Source of the DNA: Octopus sinensis
Lineage: Eukaryota
Assembly (NCBI RefSeq): GCF_006345805.1
Contig: NC_042997.1
Coordinates: 29,264,001 to 29,328,000, forward strand
Length of the DNA stretch: 64,000 nucleotides
Direction: 5' to 3'
Shown here: in pieces, positions 1 through 13,969 of the stretch
How the letters are laid out: every line of letters starts with the position of its first letter
Numbering within the stretch: position 1 is the stretch's first letter
Notes under the pieces: model-generated
Databases searched by the model: none
The model's input: the letters and a program-made list of their open reading frames with translations, nothing else
What the model was told of the DNA's origin: nothing
Program-made: the position numbers and the translations under genes

Positions 1-150
1 ACTCTGGCCATGCTAGAGCACCACATTTAGTCAAACAAATCGATCCCATGACTCATTCCTTTCGTCTATATCACTGAACCGCTAGATTACGTGGACTAAC
101 ACACCAATATAGGTCATTAAGTGATGGTGGGGGTACAAACACAAACACAC
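1..150 (+). mobile_element. Degraded SINE-like repeat 3' portion (same family as 45590-45790)
   Basis: ggccatgctagagcacc...caaatcgatccc...gaaccgctag...gtgatggtggggg followed by a (CA)-rich tail; similar to 45590-45790. Confidence 0.45.
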
Positions 151-159
151 ACTATATAT

Positions 160-1540
160 ACTAGCTGACGTACCCTGTAATTCCCAGAAAAGCGGGGCTT
201 ATCCCTTGGTTCCCTTCTCATAATTGTTTCGCTAATCCGATAGCAACAATTCATAGTATGTAATCCTTAAAACGGCTTTGTGCATTTACAGAAAACATCG
301 AACTGTCTTACATAGGATCTTGTTTCTAGGAAATACCAATAAAGTATGCATACCAAAATCTGAAGCATCTTACCTATTAACAGGCTAATCAGATATGAGA
401 TAGTAATTCAAAGTAAATAACTCTGAAAAGGGTTGTGTGCATTCCCAGAGAATATCACCCCCAGGGTGGGGGGTTAGTGTTGAAATAGATTTACAATGAA
501 TGTAGAGAAATACATACACTTAGTATTACAGTCGACATACAAATAAATTTGCATATAGATATCGCAATTATATAACATACATTTGGATACAAATTAAGAA
601 GTTGTTCCTACACGTAAACAGGTGTGATATTTGTGATGACAGTTATTCATGCATGCAGCGCTTGTCAATTGGCTGAAGTAATGTAAAAGGCATCCTCATC
701 CACGATATATTTGTAAATAAGTCACTAACCCAAATAATTGGATCTATTATTTAGGAAAATACTATTTACTTTTTTAAGGGTCGTACTTGGTAAATACAAA
801 GAAATAAACATACTCAATTTCATTTATACCAAGTAAAATCACTGACATTGATTGGCAATTTCCCGTCAAGAAAGTTCACCTAAAGTAGAATGTACACGTA
901 TTTATATAACGTAACCACTAACAACCTATCAGTGTCACATTACTTGCTTTCGAAATGACTTCACTGTATATAGGAAATTTCGCAGATATACTAATAGCTA
1001 TAATTTGTTATATATGAGAACAAAAAATTCAGGATAAGTCTAAAATGTTTATACAGGTGAATTCTGCTTCAGTGAGGTTAAATGTTAAGTGGCGATAAAA
1101 TGCATAATTAAGGAGATATAGTTCTGGCTGTCAACCTGCGAGGTGTCATTGTTTTTAACTAAGTACAATAGCATTTGTTAGCTGATGAGAAAATTAACGA
1201 TTTGATTTCGATTCTAGTGCTAGCTGGTGTGCAAATTAAAATGTATTCGACGCGTTTTGTTACAGCTTCTTTAATAAATCGAGAAGTATTCAGTATAATT
1301 TTTTCATTTATTATATATGAGAAAATGAATGGTTATTAAAAGAAAATATGTTGGTTATATATGTGGATCCCTTCTAGGGGCCCTAGCCATTTGATTATAG
1401 ATTTTTATTAAACTTCAGTGAGTCAAGAAACAAAGTGGGTGTTACTTTAGCGTGTTTGCAAAGTTTCACGAAAATTCCTTAACGGATGTAAACGGCAACT
1501 TGACACAGACAAACAAACAGACAACTTGGTTTTATATATG
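160..1540 (+). mobile_element. Non-autonomous Helentron-associated (HINE/DINE-1-like) element, copy 1
   Basis: Starts ctagctgacgtaccc after TA and ends caaagtttcacgaaaatt...gacacagacaaacaaacagacaac...ttttatatat. Both ends match the reverse complement of the ends of 34403-36430. No ORF; class assigned from terminal architecture only. Confidence 0.5.
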
Positions 1541-1643
1541 TTTAAAATAAGATGAGGGGCTTCATTCAGTTTCCATCTACCAAATCCACTCAGAAGAATT
1601 TCTTATCGTACCGAGGCTATAGTAGAAAACACTTGACATGGTC

Positions 1644-1790
<147 letters not shown>

Positions 1791-1989
1791 ATCGATTGGC
1801 GAATGAATTATCCTATGTTTATCGTCATCATACAAAAACCGATACCAGGGTAGCAAATTCACGTCAGAAACACGGTTGAAGCGACCTGTCCAAGGGTAGA
1901 AACGCCGTGTTCATGTGCAGAAATCTGTGTGTTATATATGAATAAATCAATGAATGGAGCTGAACGAAGATGTTAACAAAATTCCTTTA

Positions 1990-2071
1990 CTCTCGACACA
2001 TGTTTCGAAGACAACATGGTTTCATTCCAAAAGAATAAAGGGTGCATTATGCAATCTTCTCATCAGGAAAG
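1990..2071 (-). ncRNA. Type I hammerhead ribozyme with branched helix II
   Basis: Minus strand: CUUUC-CUGAUGA-GAAGA[insert]UCUUC-GAAACA UG UGU C-GAGAG. Stem I CUUUC/GAGAG, stem II GAAGA/UCUUC, short stem III, GUC cleavage triplet. Confidence 0.8.
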
Positions 2072-2346
2072 AAAGGGAGACTCTCTCAACAACAAGACAA
2101 ACAAAATTGCGATGACTGCCTACATGGTAAACAAAACGATAATAAGTGTTTTAAAAAATCCGTTAGTGGAATTGACGTCAAAGTTAGATAGTAGGAAGAG
2201 AAGAGTTAAAGGAATAATAGGTAGGGAACAAGTGGAGAGGGAATGGTACGTTGATTAAAATAATGTTCAAAGGCTTAGGAAAGAATTTCGTTATTGAAGT
2301 AGAGTGCACGTTGAGCTAATTGTTCAAACCACAATGACTATCGTAA

Positions 2347-2736
2347 TCATTTATATGAGTAAAAAGTATGTTTCTGCCAGTGTTTACATTTGTACGATTT
2401 CTCTATGCGTGCGTTTACAAGGGGAACCTTAGAGAAGAGAATATAGAAGAGTTCAGAGTTGCAAATGTTACAAAATCTTCTGCCCTTATCAAAGGGAAAG
2501 GATACAGACAGTATGAACCAATCTAACTTAAAATCTATATTATTGTCTTTAAGACGCCAAACTAATTTACTTAGCCCTGTATTATATCGTTTTTTACTAT
2601 CTCTGAATGTTGAATAATGATTTGAAATTCTGTTGGATAACTGGGAAATGGACGCTCCTGTATAGAAGAAGACATCGGTACCGGAATAAATTCTACACTG
2701 GTAAATATAATTCTTAATCTTAGAATTACTAGACAA
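2347..2736 (-). CDS. GIY-YIG endonuclease domain of a PLE (129 aa, open)
   Basis: NYIY..FYTGAS..RISNH..TFR..TGLSKLVWRLK..LDWFIL..CNIC..E..IL..LVNARIE..CKH, the motif series of the invertebrate PLE GIY-YIG domain. Confidence 0.8.
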   Translation of the reverse strand: MSSNSKIKNYIYQCRIYSGTDVFFYTGASISQLSNRISNHYSTFRDSKKRYNTGLSKLVWRLKDNNIDFKLDWFILSVSFPFDKGRRFCNICNSELFYILFSKVPLVNARIEKSYKCKHWQKHTFYSYK

Positions 2737-5129
2737 AAATTTAATTCTGTTGGGGTTGTCCTCCGGATCGAAACGAAGTTTTTATTGCTATGATTGTTGT
2801 TACTATTATTATTAGCACCACCAACAACACTATTCCTATTATTGTTAGTATTATTAATGGTAATACAACCAATAATACCATCAACAATACTACCGTTATT
2901 GTTATTACCATTAACATTACCATTGTTATTAACACGACTATTACTATTATTATTATTATTAACATTGTTAACACCATCACTATTACCATGGTCTTTTTAG
3001 TTTTCATATTCAAGTAAATCTCTCCTACCCACTTGCTTCCCTGTCAAATTAAAGAAATCCATCATCCAAATGCAACGTCGAAATTACGCACTAATTTGCC
3101 AACTAACTCTGATCTGAGAAATCTATAATATCATCCAATGGCTATTATAAAACGATGAGATGACAGAAACTTGTTATGGAAATACATTTATGAAACAAAC
3201 ATTATGATATGATATAGTCTGATTATTTCCTCAATACAGAATAAACAATCTCAGGATCTAACTATATTTATTGTTATAGTAATATGGGAAAATAATTTGG
3301 TTTAAATAGTTGTTCTTAATGTTTATCCACCATCAGAATTGTGTCCTAGCAGAATTATTGCTAGCAATAGAACAGTAAACATCTGGGGGGTTTTTTGTTG
3401 TTATTTAGCAGTTCGTAAGTCTACATATTGATAGGACTACTTCTTTTATAAAAATGCTGTGTGATGTCTGAATGATTTATTTTTGCAGAACTGGGGGTGG
3501 GGCATATTTTGATAATCAGAGATTCTCATTGCAGTGCTATTACGCAGTGTCCCTCTAGTGATACTACTTTTCTCTGGTCACTTATATTGTTTTATTAGTA
3601 GTTGTAGATTTCATTTTCAGACAATTTCATCCACATTTTCTTAGGAATAATAAACATTACTTGTATAAGGTGACTGTTCTTTTTATGTGTAATGTATTAC
3701 TTTAAGAATTTTGGCTGAAGACCAGCTATTTGTAGAAAAAGTGCCACTGGATTACATCGACCGCAGCATTCAACTGGTACTAATTTTATCGCTCCCTAAT
3801 AATGAATGGGAAAGTAGACTTCTACAGAAATTTTAGCTCTGAGCGTAAAGATGGGTGACATGCCTCTAAGCGTGCAGATAATCCTGCTAGGTGGCCCCTA
3901 ACTTATGTATAATATATTACCATACTGTTTTGAAATATGCTGTCTTACTACATCGAATTTTCACGTTTTTTTCTACTGTAATATATCTCTGCAAAACAAT
4001 ATATCTACCATACAAATGTTTTAACTGTATGTAAATACCACGTCCGAAAATATGAATTACAATATACAATATGCAAACACTGAATTATCGTAAGCTCGAT
4101 CTACGTGTAAGACCAAGCTACTTTTTGGATGAGGGGAACACCGTTTATCGCGTGCAAACGAATAATGATTAACGGTGAACTGGATTGTATGAATAAACAC
4201 TTCATAAGTAAGATGAACAATATTTATTACAATATCTGTCAATATGCTGCAAACAAAGTCCAATTCTAAACGGTCACTTGTCAGAGATAAGCCTAATTTA
4301 AGGACGTTAGTTTTCTGTATCAGAGGGGCTAGAGGATATGTTTAGCTCGCCACCCACATATAATTCTTCTGAAATTCCGAAGGGTATTATACCCGAAAAG
4401 ATCGCTAATTCGATCGATTACACAAATATGCATGATATTTTGTGTTTAAATGTCTATAACATTTTGAAGTAAATTTTTACACTGAATTCAGATCTGATAA
4501 TACATTTTTTTCCACCATGTCTATATTGTTTTGTAATAAAACTTTGTTGTTGTTTTTTCTGCACTATTGTTTCAGAGAATCAGATGATAGTGATTATCTA
4601 ATTTATTTTGATCAACACGTAGATGACGATAAAGCAATGCTGACCCACTTATACTAAAAGTAAAATAACAGCCATTGTAAAGTTTATTAAACAGTTGTCG
4701 GCGACTATGACAATCGATGTGAGCTTTAAAAGCTGTGCACACGAATGGTAACTGATGCTTTAGTGTTGTTTTAGTAGTTCCAGAGGTTAGTCATTCATGA
4801 TATATACTTATAAAAGTAAATTTTAAAAGAATATATATAGACGTAAATGCGTGAACAATCTAGACATTTCTGGTAGATATTAACTCATCGTGTAGAAAAT
4901 CTATACTTCGCTTATTTTGGTGTTAAACGCGGTGATGAAGATAAACCTTGAGATCCAGACAAAGTATGTCATATTTGTGTGGAAGAGTTGAGACACTGGA
5001 AAGCCGATTAAAATAAATGAATACCCTTGGAATACCAATGGTCTGCATTACTAAAGTAAATGAGTACAGTGCAAAAATATACATAATATAATGTATCATA
5101 GTATTCCCTTGGTTATACGGCCTATTGCA

Positions 5130-5960
5130 TATTGAGCGACATTTCTGTTCCTTTCCTCCACTTACTTTGAAGAACTTCAGTTTGCAGTAAACAAGGCGAT
5201 GGCCGTTGTAACATCATGCACTAGACATCACTCTGGTATGCAATACGTTTGTCGTCTTAATCTGGTGCACCAGAATATGCTCAATGAAGTGTCAATGTTT
5301 GGACCGAGCGTCGAATATTGCTGATAACGCACTACAGTCGCACACTGAGGCTGTGAGGACGACCTGTTGGCGGGTTTTCAAAGGTTGAAGTGGTAGAGTC
5401 TCTGATCATGAATCTCATGCCCAAAAGTTGTCTCTCTGCCAATACTTTGCCTGACTAGTAGAAAGTGTTTATAGCTCCATGCGCTTTTAGTCTGCTTTCC
5501 ACTCCACAGGATGGCAGACTTCACTGAGAGCTATGATGTCAACATTCATTCATGACAGTTCGTGCGCAATGAGAGCGGACTGGCGTTCTGAAAGACTGTT
5601 ATCGGCTGTCAAACATGGTTTTGATGTTCTAGTATGCGATTTTCAGTCCTTTCACATCCTCGCAGCCTAATGTTTTATCCTCGATTTTGTTCGATCTCAT
5701 AAAACACCCGTTGACTATAGTTTGCCAAATGGGAGTATAGGGGTGATTTTTGTTTAGTCCACCTTTTCTAGAACCCTCTCAACAACAACGAGCAAGCAAT
5801 GTTGTCCTTATAGAAGGCTCCTCGGTTATACAGAGGGTTCAGAATGATGTTGTTCTTAGGGCAGCAATGTTCTGAACGTCCTGCATGAAGACCTGGGACT
5901 GTGGCTACTAGTCTCAGCTTTCGCCTGCCGTTGATGACGTCCTTCGAGTCTGTGCAATGT
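5130..5960 (-). mobile_element. Degraded RTE-clade LINE: 5' region and AP-endonuclease remnant
   Basis: Minus-strand remnants LKIAY.NIKTMFD, MNVDIIALSEV and HILVHQ..VLHTRVMSSA.CYNGHRLVYCKL, with many stops and frameshifts. Confidence 0.6.
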
Positions 5961-7344
5961 AGATTTTATGTTAATTGACTCCATCCTTTACACCCGGTGT
6001 TCATGAGCCGTGGTTCAGCAAGCTACGTCATTGCTACCGAAGTCCTCCTCTCGTAGGTTTTACATCATATCTCCTTCTCATACCCTGTGATAAAAAAAAA
6101 CTTCCTTCGGAGGTTCTTCGGCGTTTAGCAGGGGTTCGAGATGGCACCTGGATTCTACCTCAGGGTCTTGGCACATCAATTCTGTCCAATGTGTCTTGCC
6201 ACTAATACTATTTAATCAATAGATGGGGTTATGAAAGGTACTTTCATCTCTGGTCCGAGAGTCTTTGGGACTAATAGCAACTGAGAGATAACTCCATACT
6301 ATCCAGAATAGCAGAACCTCAGAACTCAAGAACAGAAGCCCCGCCCCCATCTGCAGCAGATTTACTTTAGTGCCATAACAAGGAGAAATCACTTTTGCAA
6401 GTGCTGCATAAAAAATCACTCCATTAATTCAGTTAAATATACCTAAATATTGTTTCCTCTACACTTGTCATGCGGGTAAAGCTGTGTACTACTTCATAAC
6501 ATGTTAACAATATATTTACAACCAAGTTTCGATACAGCAGTTTTCTTTCTACATTATATTTCATAAAGAATTTGTATTTTCTGTAAATACCCGTCACATA
6601 AATAGAGGAACGATGATACCAATAAGGTTGTTTCCTAAGAGATTTCCTAATGTACAACCAACACTTAAATTTTGCATTTTAACGTAAATTGATTATAGTC
6701 CACATAAAATGCTCACAAAATATTTTCATCGTTTTCTGGATACAAGAATTGCTATAGTATAAATTCCAATACGAGTCATATTATTATAAAAATACTTCTT
6801 TTCAGCGATGAACATCAAAACTTATAACCGATATTTTGATTCTTAAATGCATACAGTAATTCGTTTCTTAAAATAAAATTACCATACTTGTACATAAAAG
6901 AAATTTCATCATATTATTACACTCGAGTTTATATTTTTATCTGAAAATATTCAAATCATGAAAGGATAGAAACTAGAAATATTTAAAGAGATTATAAAAT
7001 GAAGTTACAGAAAAAGGACATAATAAACAAGTTGTTCGAAGATCGGTAACAGATATGACAACTGAGATAAGGAGGAAATAGCAGCGGATTGGAAGATTTT
7101 TTGGGTAGTAGGGAATTACAATTTTAATCGATTTCATATCATGACTTCACTGTAAAAAGATAATCATATATTAGACTAAAATAAAACGATTACCATCGTT
7201 TTCTGCATCAGTTCATGTTTTACTTAGATATTTTTGTGCGGTATAATATACCAATGAAGAATTTCGCAGCTCAATGCTAGTAACGGAATTTTGGGGGTTG
7301 AAAGTGATGTCTAATTTTTCAAACACTAAACATACTCACTGTAG

Positions 7345-7550
7345 ACATTGCGCAGGCCCGAAGGACGCCATCAACGGCAGGGGGAAGATGAGACTGGTAG
7401 CCACAGTCCCAGTACTACATGCGGGACGTTCGGAATATTGCTGGCCCAAGAACAACGTCGTTCTGAACACTCTGAATGACCGAGGTGCCTTCTATAGGGA
7501 CATCACTGCTTGCTCGTTGTCGAAAGGGTTCTAGAAAAGGTGGGCTAAAT
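7345..7550 (+). mobile_element. Second copy of the RTE-like 5' region, inverted relative to 5753-5960
   Basis: gagactggtagccacagtccc...gggttctagaaaaggtgggctaaa aligns to the reverse complement of 5753-5960. Confidence 0.6.
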
Positions 7551-7599
7551 AAAAGTTATCTCGTATAATCACACTTGGCAAACGAGATTTAACGGGCGT

Positions 7600-9250
7600 T
7601 TTCTTGTGAGATCGAGTATAAAACATACTGATAATTCCTATGTTTAAAAATTCTTCAATATATAAAATACGAAGATAAGCATTGATCCAATTAACTGCGA
7701 GTACAGGATAACATCTTGATAATATTACATGCATGTGTCATTTCGAATATTTGGAAGTGGGCATAGTCGATGTATATCGTAAGCTTAAGAGCAAAGTGGA
7801 AAACGTTCTCCTCAATATTACTGCTTCTATGGAGATGCTGGTTAAGTGTAACAATAAAATGTATTCACCATTTGGTGAATAGTTCCTGTTGATTTTCATT
7901 ATTTTCTCTACCATGTATATACACACGGTACGTGGAAAAACAAACATGTGGTATCTTCAAGCCAAGCGGGCCACCGATCCTGACGATCACTGTATTTTCA
8001 TAACTTGCTGTATTCAGGAAGACGCTACCATTGCCAAGCTCAACATTCTTTTCTGCCTAGAGGTACTTATCTCACTATATTTGGACACATGCTGCTGAGA
8101 ATCGTATCGACAATTAGTCTCACTTCACTAATCCTGAAAGCTCACGCCCTGAACTTCATGCTTCCAATATATTAATGCTTATTAGAACTGTCATTGAAAA
8201 CCAACTATTCCAACCATTCGAAATGCCACAGACTTCATAAATAATAATACAAATTTCATGGAGATTCGTCCACCAGAAAGCGGTTTCCAGTAACACGCAC
8301 CAGTACAAACGACTTTGAGGTCATTTCTAAAGTACTGTCAATGCATTTCATATCAGCATTTGACTGTAGCTAGTGCGTCAATCTTCAAACTCTGCTGCAC
8401 GAATTAAGCTTTAGGCGTGTCTTAAATTTTAGATATAAAACTTGAACAGCTCATAATTTCACAGACATTTATAAATCTGATTCTGTGGCAAAATACTATT
8501 ACATCTTCTGCAGGCGAAGAGCGGTTTTCAATTAACCATCCCTATATGTAACCGATATGACTTATGTTAGAATTAAGAACACACAATCGAATGCCGTTGA
8601 AATAAATCTCCACAATTCAGTATATTTCTCTATCACCTTTCAATCGCACAAGAATTAGTTCCTAAATATCAAACTTACATTGCCTGTTTTTATAGACACA
8701 GACCTCAATAACATGCCTAAAATTTGCCATTCTCGACTACTTCACTTTCTCATTCCTTTTATATATCAATGCAAAGCTCTCCGACGTCATCCTCACTAGT
8801 TTTGAACTGCCACAAGTAAAACCATTTAATATAATCAAATAATCTCCACAATGATTGCAGGCGAAGCTCGATGTGGGTCACTAAATACAGCAAATACAAA
8901 CTTTGGATGACAAAATGGAAGAAACGAGTAAATCTGCTGCCTACACAGTAACGTCCAAAGAAATATATGACATCTGACTAAACAACTAATCAGCCAGATA
9001 CACACTACTTACAAACCGTATAGATATTCTTTGCGCGCTCTCCATCTTCCACCATAGCACGTTTGCTCCGGTTATTTACACGATTTTCGAAGCTGTTTTC
9101 ATTGCTCTTCCGTGAACGGCATTTCTTTTCTGTAATTTAAAATACCAACTCATGCGGCACTTCAATTTATTTCTATAAAAAGTTTATATATTCAAACTGT
9201 CAAAACCAGATCTTTGTGGGTAAATGAATTTGTTGCTATTAATGACCATA
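7600..9250 (-). pseudogene. Possible very degraded P-element/THAP9-like transposase remnant
   Basis: Scattered minus-strand peptides in the expected order across frames (NSFENR, LWWKMESAQR, FDYI, SHIGYI, FVQQSLKID); weak by-eye match. Confidence 0.25.
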
Positions 9251-11369
9251 TTTAACGCTGATTAATAGCTGTAATAAATAAAGTGTTTTTGCCAAAAGCG
9301 ATCCAGTTTTTCGCAGCATCACACATTACCTTTGGGGAATAGAGTATCAACAAAGATCTTTATCTTAATATAAAAACATGGGAGGATCTGATACATATCT
9401 ATGACAAAGCTTCTTCCGAAAAAAAAGGACAGTATATTACATGCAGATTGTCATGTACAGAGTATATCCTCGTTAAAATTTGGTTTATCGTTTTCAAATG
9501 AATTCATGCTGCATAATATGCTGGATACAAAGTGGGGGAATGTGGTAAAAAACGAAAGTCGAGTAGACTTTCCGAAGGTTGAAAGAAGATTCAATATCTT
9601 CACACTTGCCGAAGGTGTCAAATTATGAAGAAATAAAAAAAGGTGTGAACATACTTTATCAAATTCAAAGAAAAATCATCTGAAAAATATCAATGAATGC
9701 TATCCTTTACTGCTTTTGATACGGCTGACAAATGTTGTCTGTCAATATATTGGATAAAACAGTCTGATATTGACCAGATATGTAACTGACTGCTAAACAA
9801 AAGCTAAGAGAACTGAAAATGGATGTGTGTGGGAAAATGTAATTAAAACATTTCTCAATTTTTCTTACTTTATTTTATTCTTATTTTTGAATTAAGTATA
9901 TTCTACATGAGTTTAATTTTAAGACACTTCCTATGGCTGAACATTTTAGATGATGAAATAAAAATTTTAAAAAAATAATACAATTCTAAAAATAAGAACA
10001 GAAATATTTTAGCTCAATGCAATACAAGTTATATATCTAAAATATTAACTTAAATTTCTTAGAAATGACTATATAAGGTAAAAATGTATTAAAAAAATAA
10101 AGTGCACACACTATACTGTTTGATGAACAATTTCAAACAAAATTATTCATTTTTTCTTGTCCTATACATTTCCCACGTCCAATACTCAAGACTATTCTAA
10201 AGGAAGTGAATGCAAATTAGATGATTCAGTTTAGCATGGTAAACCTGAAGGAAATTTAGTAATCGCTACTAAACTCTGTCTGTTGTAGTCAAAAATCCAT
10301 TAACTTCAGATTCATAAGGGACATACAACGATTTTATATTCTTTCTTTCTTAATTGTTTGCAGAAATGTGGTTATATTTATGCATTTGCTATTTGTTTTA
10401 TCCTTTTATCATAGTTAAAAGCTGCAAGTGGAAATTCTCACATCTTGAAAGCATTAATTATATGAAAATATTTCTATATTTCAAGAGTAATTTGTGAGTA
10501 GTATTTTAACACATTGTGTTTTGTACATTTACTGGAAAACCATTTCAAATAGAACACACTATAATAGGTTACATTTATTCAGAAATTGATAACATAACAT
10601 TTTAGAATGAAGTCATTTATAATATGGTGAATGGCAAACAATGAAAAATTGAAAAGTAAAAAGTGGGATGAAACAATCCCAAATCTTTGGCGATTATAAG
10701 ACGATTCTTAATGGTAAACAGTGTTTTTGCATTTGAGAATCAATGTAATTTATATAACAACATGACATTCTGGAAGATCAAGTGAATCAGATGAAACGAA
10801 AGAAAATCATTTACAAATAATGCGATTACATGAAGACAATTGTACACATCCAAGGTCACACTTCATTTACAGTTTTCAGATGAAATTCCAAGAATTTTAA
10901 ATAATGGAAATAGCAACGTGAAGCTTATCTCATCTCATAAAAATGATGAATCGCAATAATTACAGATTGTCCTTTTCATTCATCCGTATGCCTTTACACA
11001 CTTCTGACTTCGCTTCTTTAATTATGCACATAATAAAATATATCTACTGTCTATTCGTGAACACAATACAACATTTTATCACTACACACAGCTGTAGCTG
11101 AAACAAGTTTATGAACAAGAATTTATACTACTTTTTAGCAATGCATATAATATTGTTTTAAATGAATATGTTTTAGTTGCTATGTGCATTGTCTTTGTTA
11201 ATTTTGCATTCTTTTCGTAAGCATTATGGAAGGTTTAAAAAAATGATCGTAGGTTATTTACGAATTCTTTAAATGAGGTTCAAAGGTGAAGAAATTAAAT
11301 CTTCACGCCAGTGAATTTTCTCTATTATAAGAAATCAAGCATATCTGATATTGATCTGAATTATATGTA

Positions 11370-11534
11370 ACTTGAATACCTTCGCATATATATATATATA
11401 TATATATGTGTGTATACATATAAATAAATATATATATATATATTTATATATATATACATATACATATATATATATATATACGTGTATATATGTATGTATA
11501 CATAACTATATCTCTTTATATATACATGTACATA

Positions 11535-11566
<32 letters not shown>

Positions 11567-11587
11567 AATATATGTATGTATATATAT

Positions 11588-11635
<48 letters not shown>

Positions 11636-11643
11636 ATATATAT
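11370..11643. repeat. Degenerate (TA)n/(TG) microsatellite flanking the tandem array
   Basis: TA-rich run that merges into the array end. Confidence 0.9.
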
Positions 11644-11887
11644 AAAATTAATTAAGGTAGAAATTGATATTTATCAATTAAGACCAGTGGTCTAGCATAT
11701 AAAAAAGAATCCGAAGATTAAAATATTTATATATACCAATTAAGGACTGAACACGAAAAGTGGACAGTCAACATGCTAGATATAGACGTCAAATCGCCAT
11801 TCACCACAAAAGATTATGTTCTCAGATCAAACTCAACACAAAACCATAACAATAAACAAGTGAAAAATATACGAAATAAAATAATTA

Positions 11888-11954
11888 CCCATGTACTAAA
11901 TTAGTTTCAGCTGTTATTTTCCGCAAGGAAAACTGCAGCCATCATCAGCATGGT
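11888..11954 (-). ncRNA. Type I hammerhead ribozyme (array unit 1)
   Basis: Minus strand: CCAUG-CUGAUGA-U-GGCUG[UUUUCC uugc GGAAAA]CAGCU-GAA-ACUA auu UAGU-A-CAUGG; canonical core, GUA cleavage triplet. Confidence 0.9.
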
Positions 11955-12393
11955 CCGTTATAAATGTAATTTGATGGACTAGATGCAAACACGATACCGA
12001 AATATCGCGTGCATGGAGTTCAGCCTATTACATTAGAATATATCTTTCAAATGCCTCTACTTTGGCGCGTTGGAACCCGGGAAAACTAGCCTGCAGCTAA
12101 TAATTAGCAGCAGTTAATTTATCGGTTAGAGAACATATTCATTTATATAAAATTAATTAAGGGTAGAAATTGATATTTATCAATTAAGACCAGTGGTCTA
12201 GCATATTAAAAAAGAATCCGAAGATTAAAATATTTATATATACCAATAAGGACTGAACACGAAAAGTGGACAGTCAACATGCTAGATATAGACGTCAAAT
12301 CGCCATTCACCACAAAAGATTATGTTCTCAGATCAAACTCAACACAAAACCATAGCAATAAACAAGTGAAAAATATACGAAATAAAATAATTA

Positions 12394-12459
12394 CCCATGT
12401 ACTAAATTAGTTTCAGCTGTTATTTTCCGCAGGAAAACTGCAGCCATCATCAGCATGGT
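12394..12459 (-). ncRNA. Type I hammerhead ribozyme (array unit 2)
   Basis: Same motif; 1-nt indel in the helix II hairpin loop. Confidence 0.88.
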
Positions 12460-12893
12460 CCGTTATAAATGTAATTTGATGGACTAGATGCAAACACGAT
12501 ACCGAAATATCGCGTGCATGGAGTTCAGCCTATTACATTAGAATATATCTTTCAATGCCTCTACTTGGCGCGTTGGAACCCGGAAAACTAGCCTGCAGCT
12601 AATAATTAGCAGCAGTTAATTTATCGGTTAGAGAAATATTCATTTATATAAAATTAATTAAGGGTAGAAATTGATATTTATCAATTAAGACCAGTGGTCT
12701 AGCATATAAAAAAGAATCCGAAGATTAAAATATTTATATATACCAATTAAGGACTGAACACGAAAAGTGGACAGTCAACATGCTAGATATAGACGTCAAA
12801 TCGCCATTCACCACAAAAGATTATGTTCTCAGATCAAACTCAACACAAAACCATAGCAATAACAAGTGAAAAATATACGAAATAAAATAATTA

Positions 12894-12959
12894 CCCATGT
12901 ACTAAATTAGTTTCAGCTGTTATTTTCCGCAAGGAAAACTGCAGCCATCATCAGCATGT
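12894..12959 (-). ncRNA. Type I hammerhead ribozyme (array unit 3)
   Basis: Same motif; 1-nt deletion at the outer end of stem I. Confidence 0.85.
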
Positions 12960-13396
12960 CCGTTATAAATGTAATTTGATGGACTAGATGCAAACACGAT
13001 ACCGAAATATCGCGTGCATGGAGTTCAGCCTATTACATTAGAATATATCTTTCAAATGCCTCTACTTTGGCGCGTTGGAACCCGGAAAACTAGCCTGCAG
13101 CTAATAATTAGCAGCAGTTAATTTATCGGTTAGAGAACATATTTATTTATATAAAATTAATAAGGGTAGAAATTGATATTTATCAATTAAGACCAGTGGT
13201 CTAGCATATTAAAAAAGAATCCGAAGATTAAAATATTTATATATACCAATTAAGGACTGAACACGAAAAGTGGACAGTCAACATGCTAGATATAGACGTC
13301 AAATCGCCATTCACCACAAAAGATTATGTTCTCAGATCAAACTCAACACAAAACCATAGCAATAACAAGTGAAAAATATACGAAATAAAATAATTA

Positions 13397-13463
13397 CCCA
13401 TGTACTAAATTAGTTTCAGCTGTTATTTTCCGCAAGGAAAACTGCTGCCATCATCAGCATGGT
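13397..13463 (-). ncRNA. Type I hammerhead ribozyme (array unit 4)
   Basis: Same motif; helix II variant GGCAG instead of GGCUG. Confidence 0.82.
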
Positions 13464-13902
13464 CCGTATAAATGTAATTTGATGGACTAGATGCAAACAC
13501 GATACCGAAATATCGCGTGCATGGAGTTCAGCCTATTACATTAGAATATATCTTTCAAATGCCTCTACTTTGGCGCGTTGGAACCCGGGAAAACTAGCCT
13601 GCAGCTAATAATTAGCAGCAGTTAATTTATCGGTTAGAGAACATATTTATTTATATAAAATTAATTAAGGGTAGAAATTGATATTTATCAATTAAGACCA
13701 GTGGTCTAGCATATTAAAAAAGAATCCGAAGATTAAAATATTTATATATACCAATTAAGGACTGAACACGAAAAGTGGACAGTCAACATGCTAGATATAG
13801 ACGTCAAATCGCCATTCACCACAAAAGATTATGTTCTCAGATCAAACTCAACACAAAACCATAGCAATAAACAAGTGAAAAATATACGAAATAAAATAAT
13901 TA

Positions 13903-13969
13903 CCCATGTACTAAATTAGTTTCAGCTGTTATTTTCCGCAAGGAAAACTGCAGCCATCATCAGCATGGT
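13903..13969 (-). ncRNA. Type I hammerhead ribozyme (array unit 5)
   Basis: Same canonical motif. Confidence 0.9.

Larger units (their letters stand above)
1990..3020 (-). mobile_element. 5'-truncated Penelope-like element 3' end (Asn-rich linker + GIY-YIG + hammerhead-bearing 3' region), tentatively Nematis-like
   Basis: On the minus strand, in order: degenerate (AAT)n linker 2780-3000, GIY-YIG ORF 2736-2347, hammerhead 2071-1990; a (TA)n run lies ~200 bp further downstream. Confidence 0.75.

Noticed and set aside
1870-1910. Plus-strand hammerhead-like stem (acacgg/ccgtgt enclosing TTGAAG..GAAAC)
   Set aside because: Lacks stem III and a cleavage triplet; too degenerate to call.
6420-6660. 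Possible further GIY-YIG remnant (YIRKS, KKTAVSKL)
   Set aside because: Only two short motifs in different frames; insufficient.
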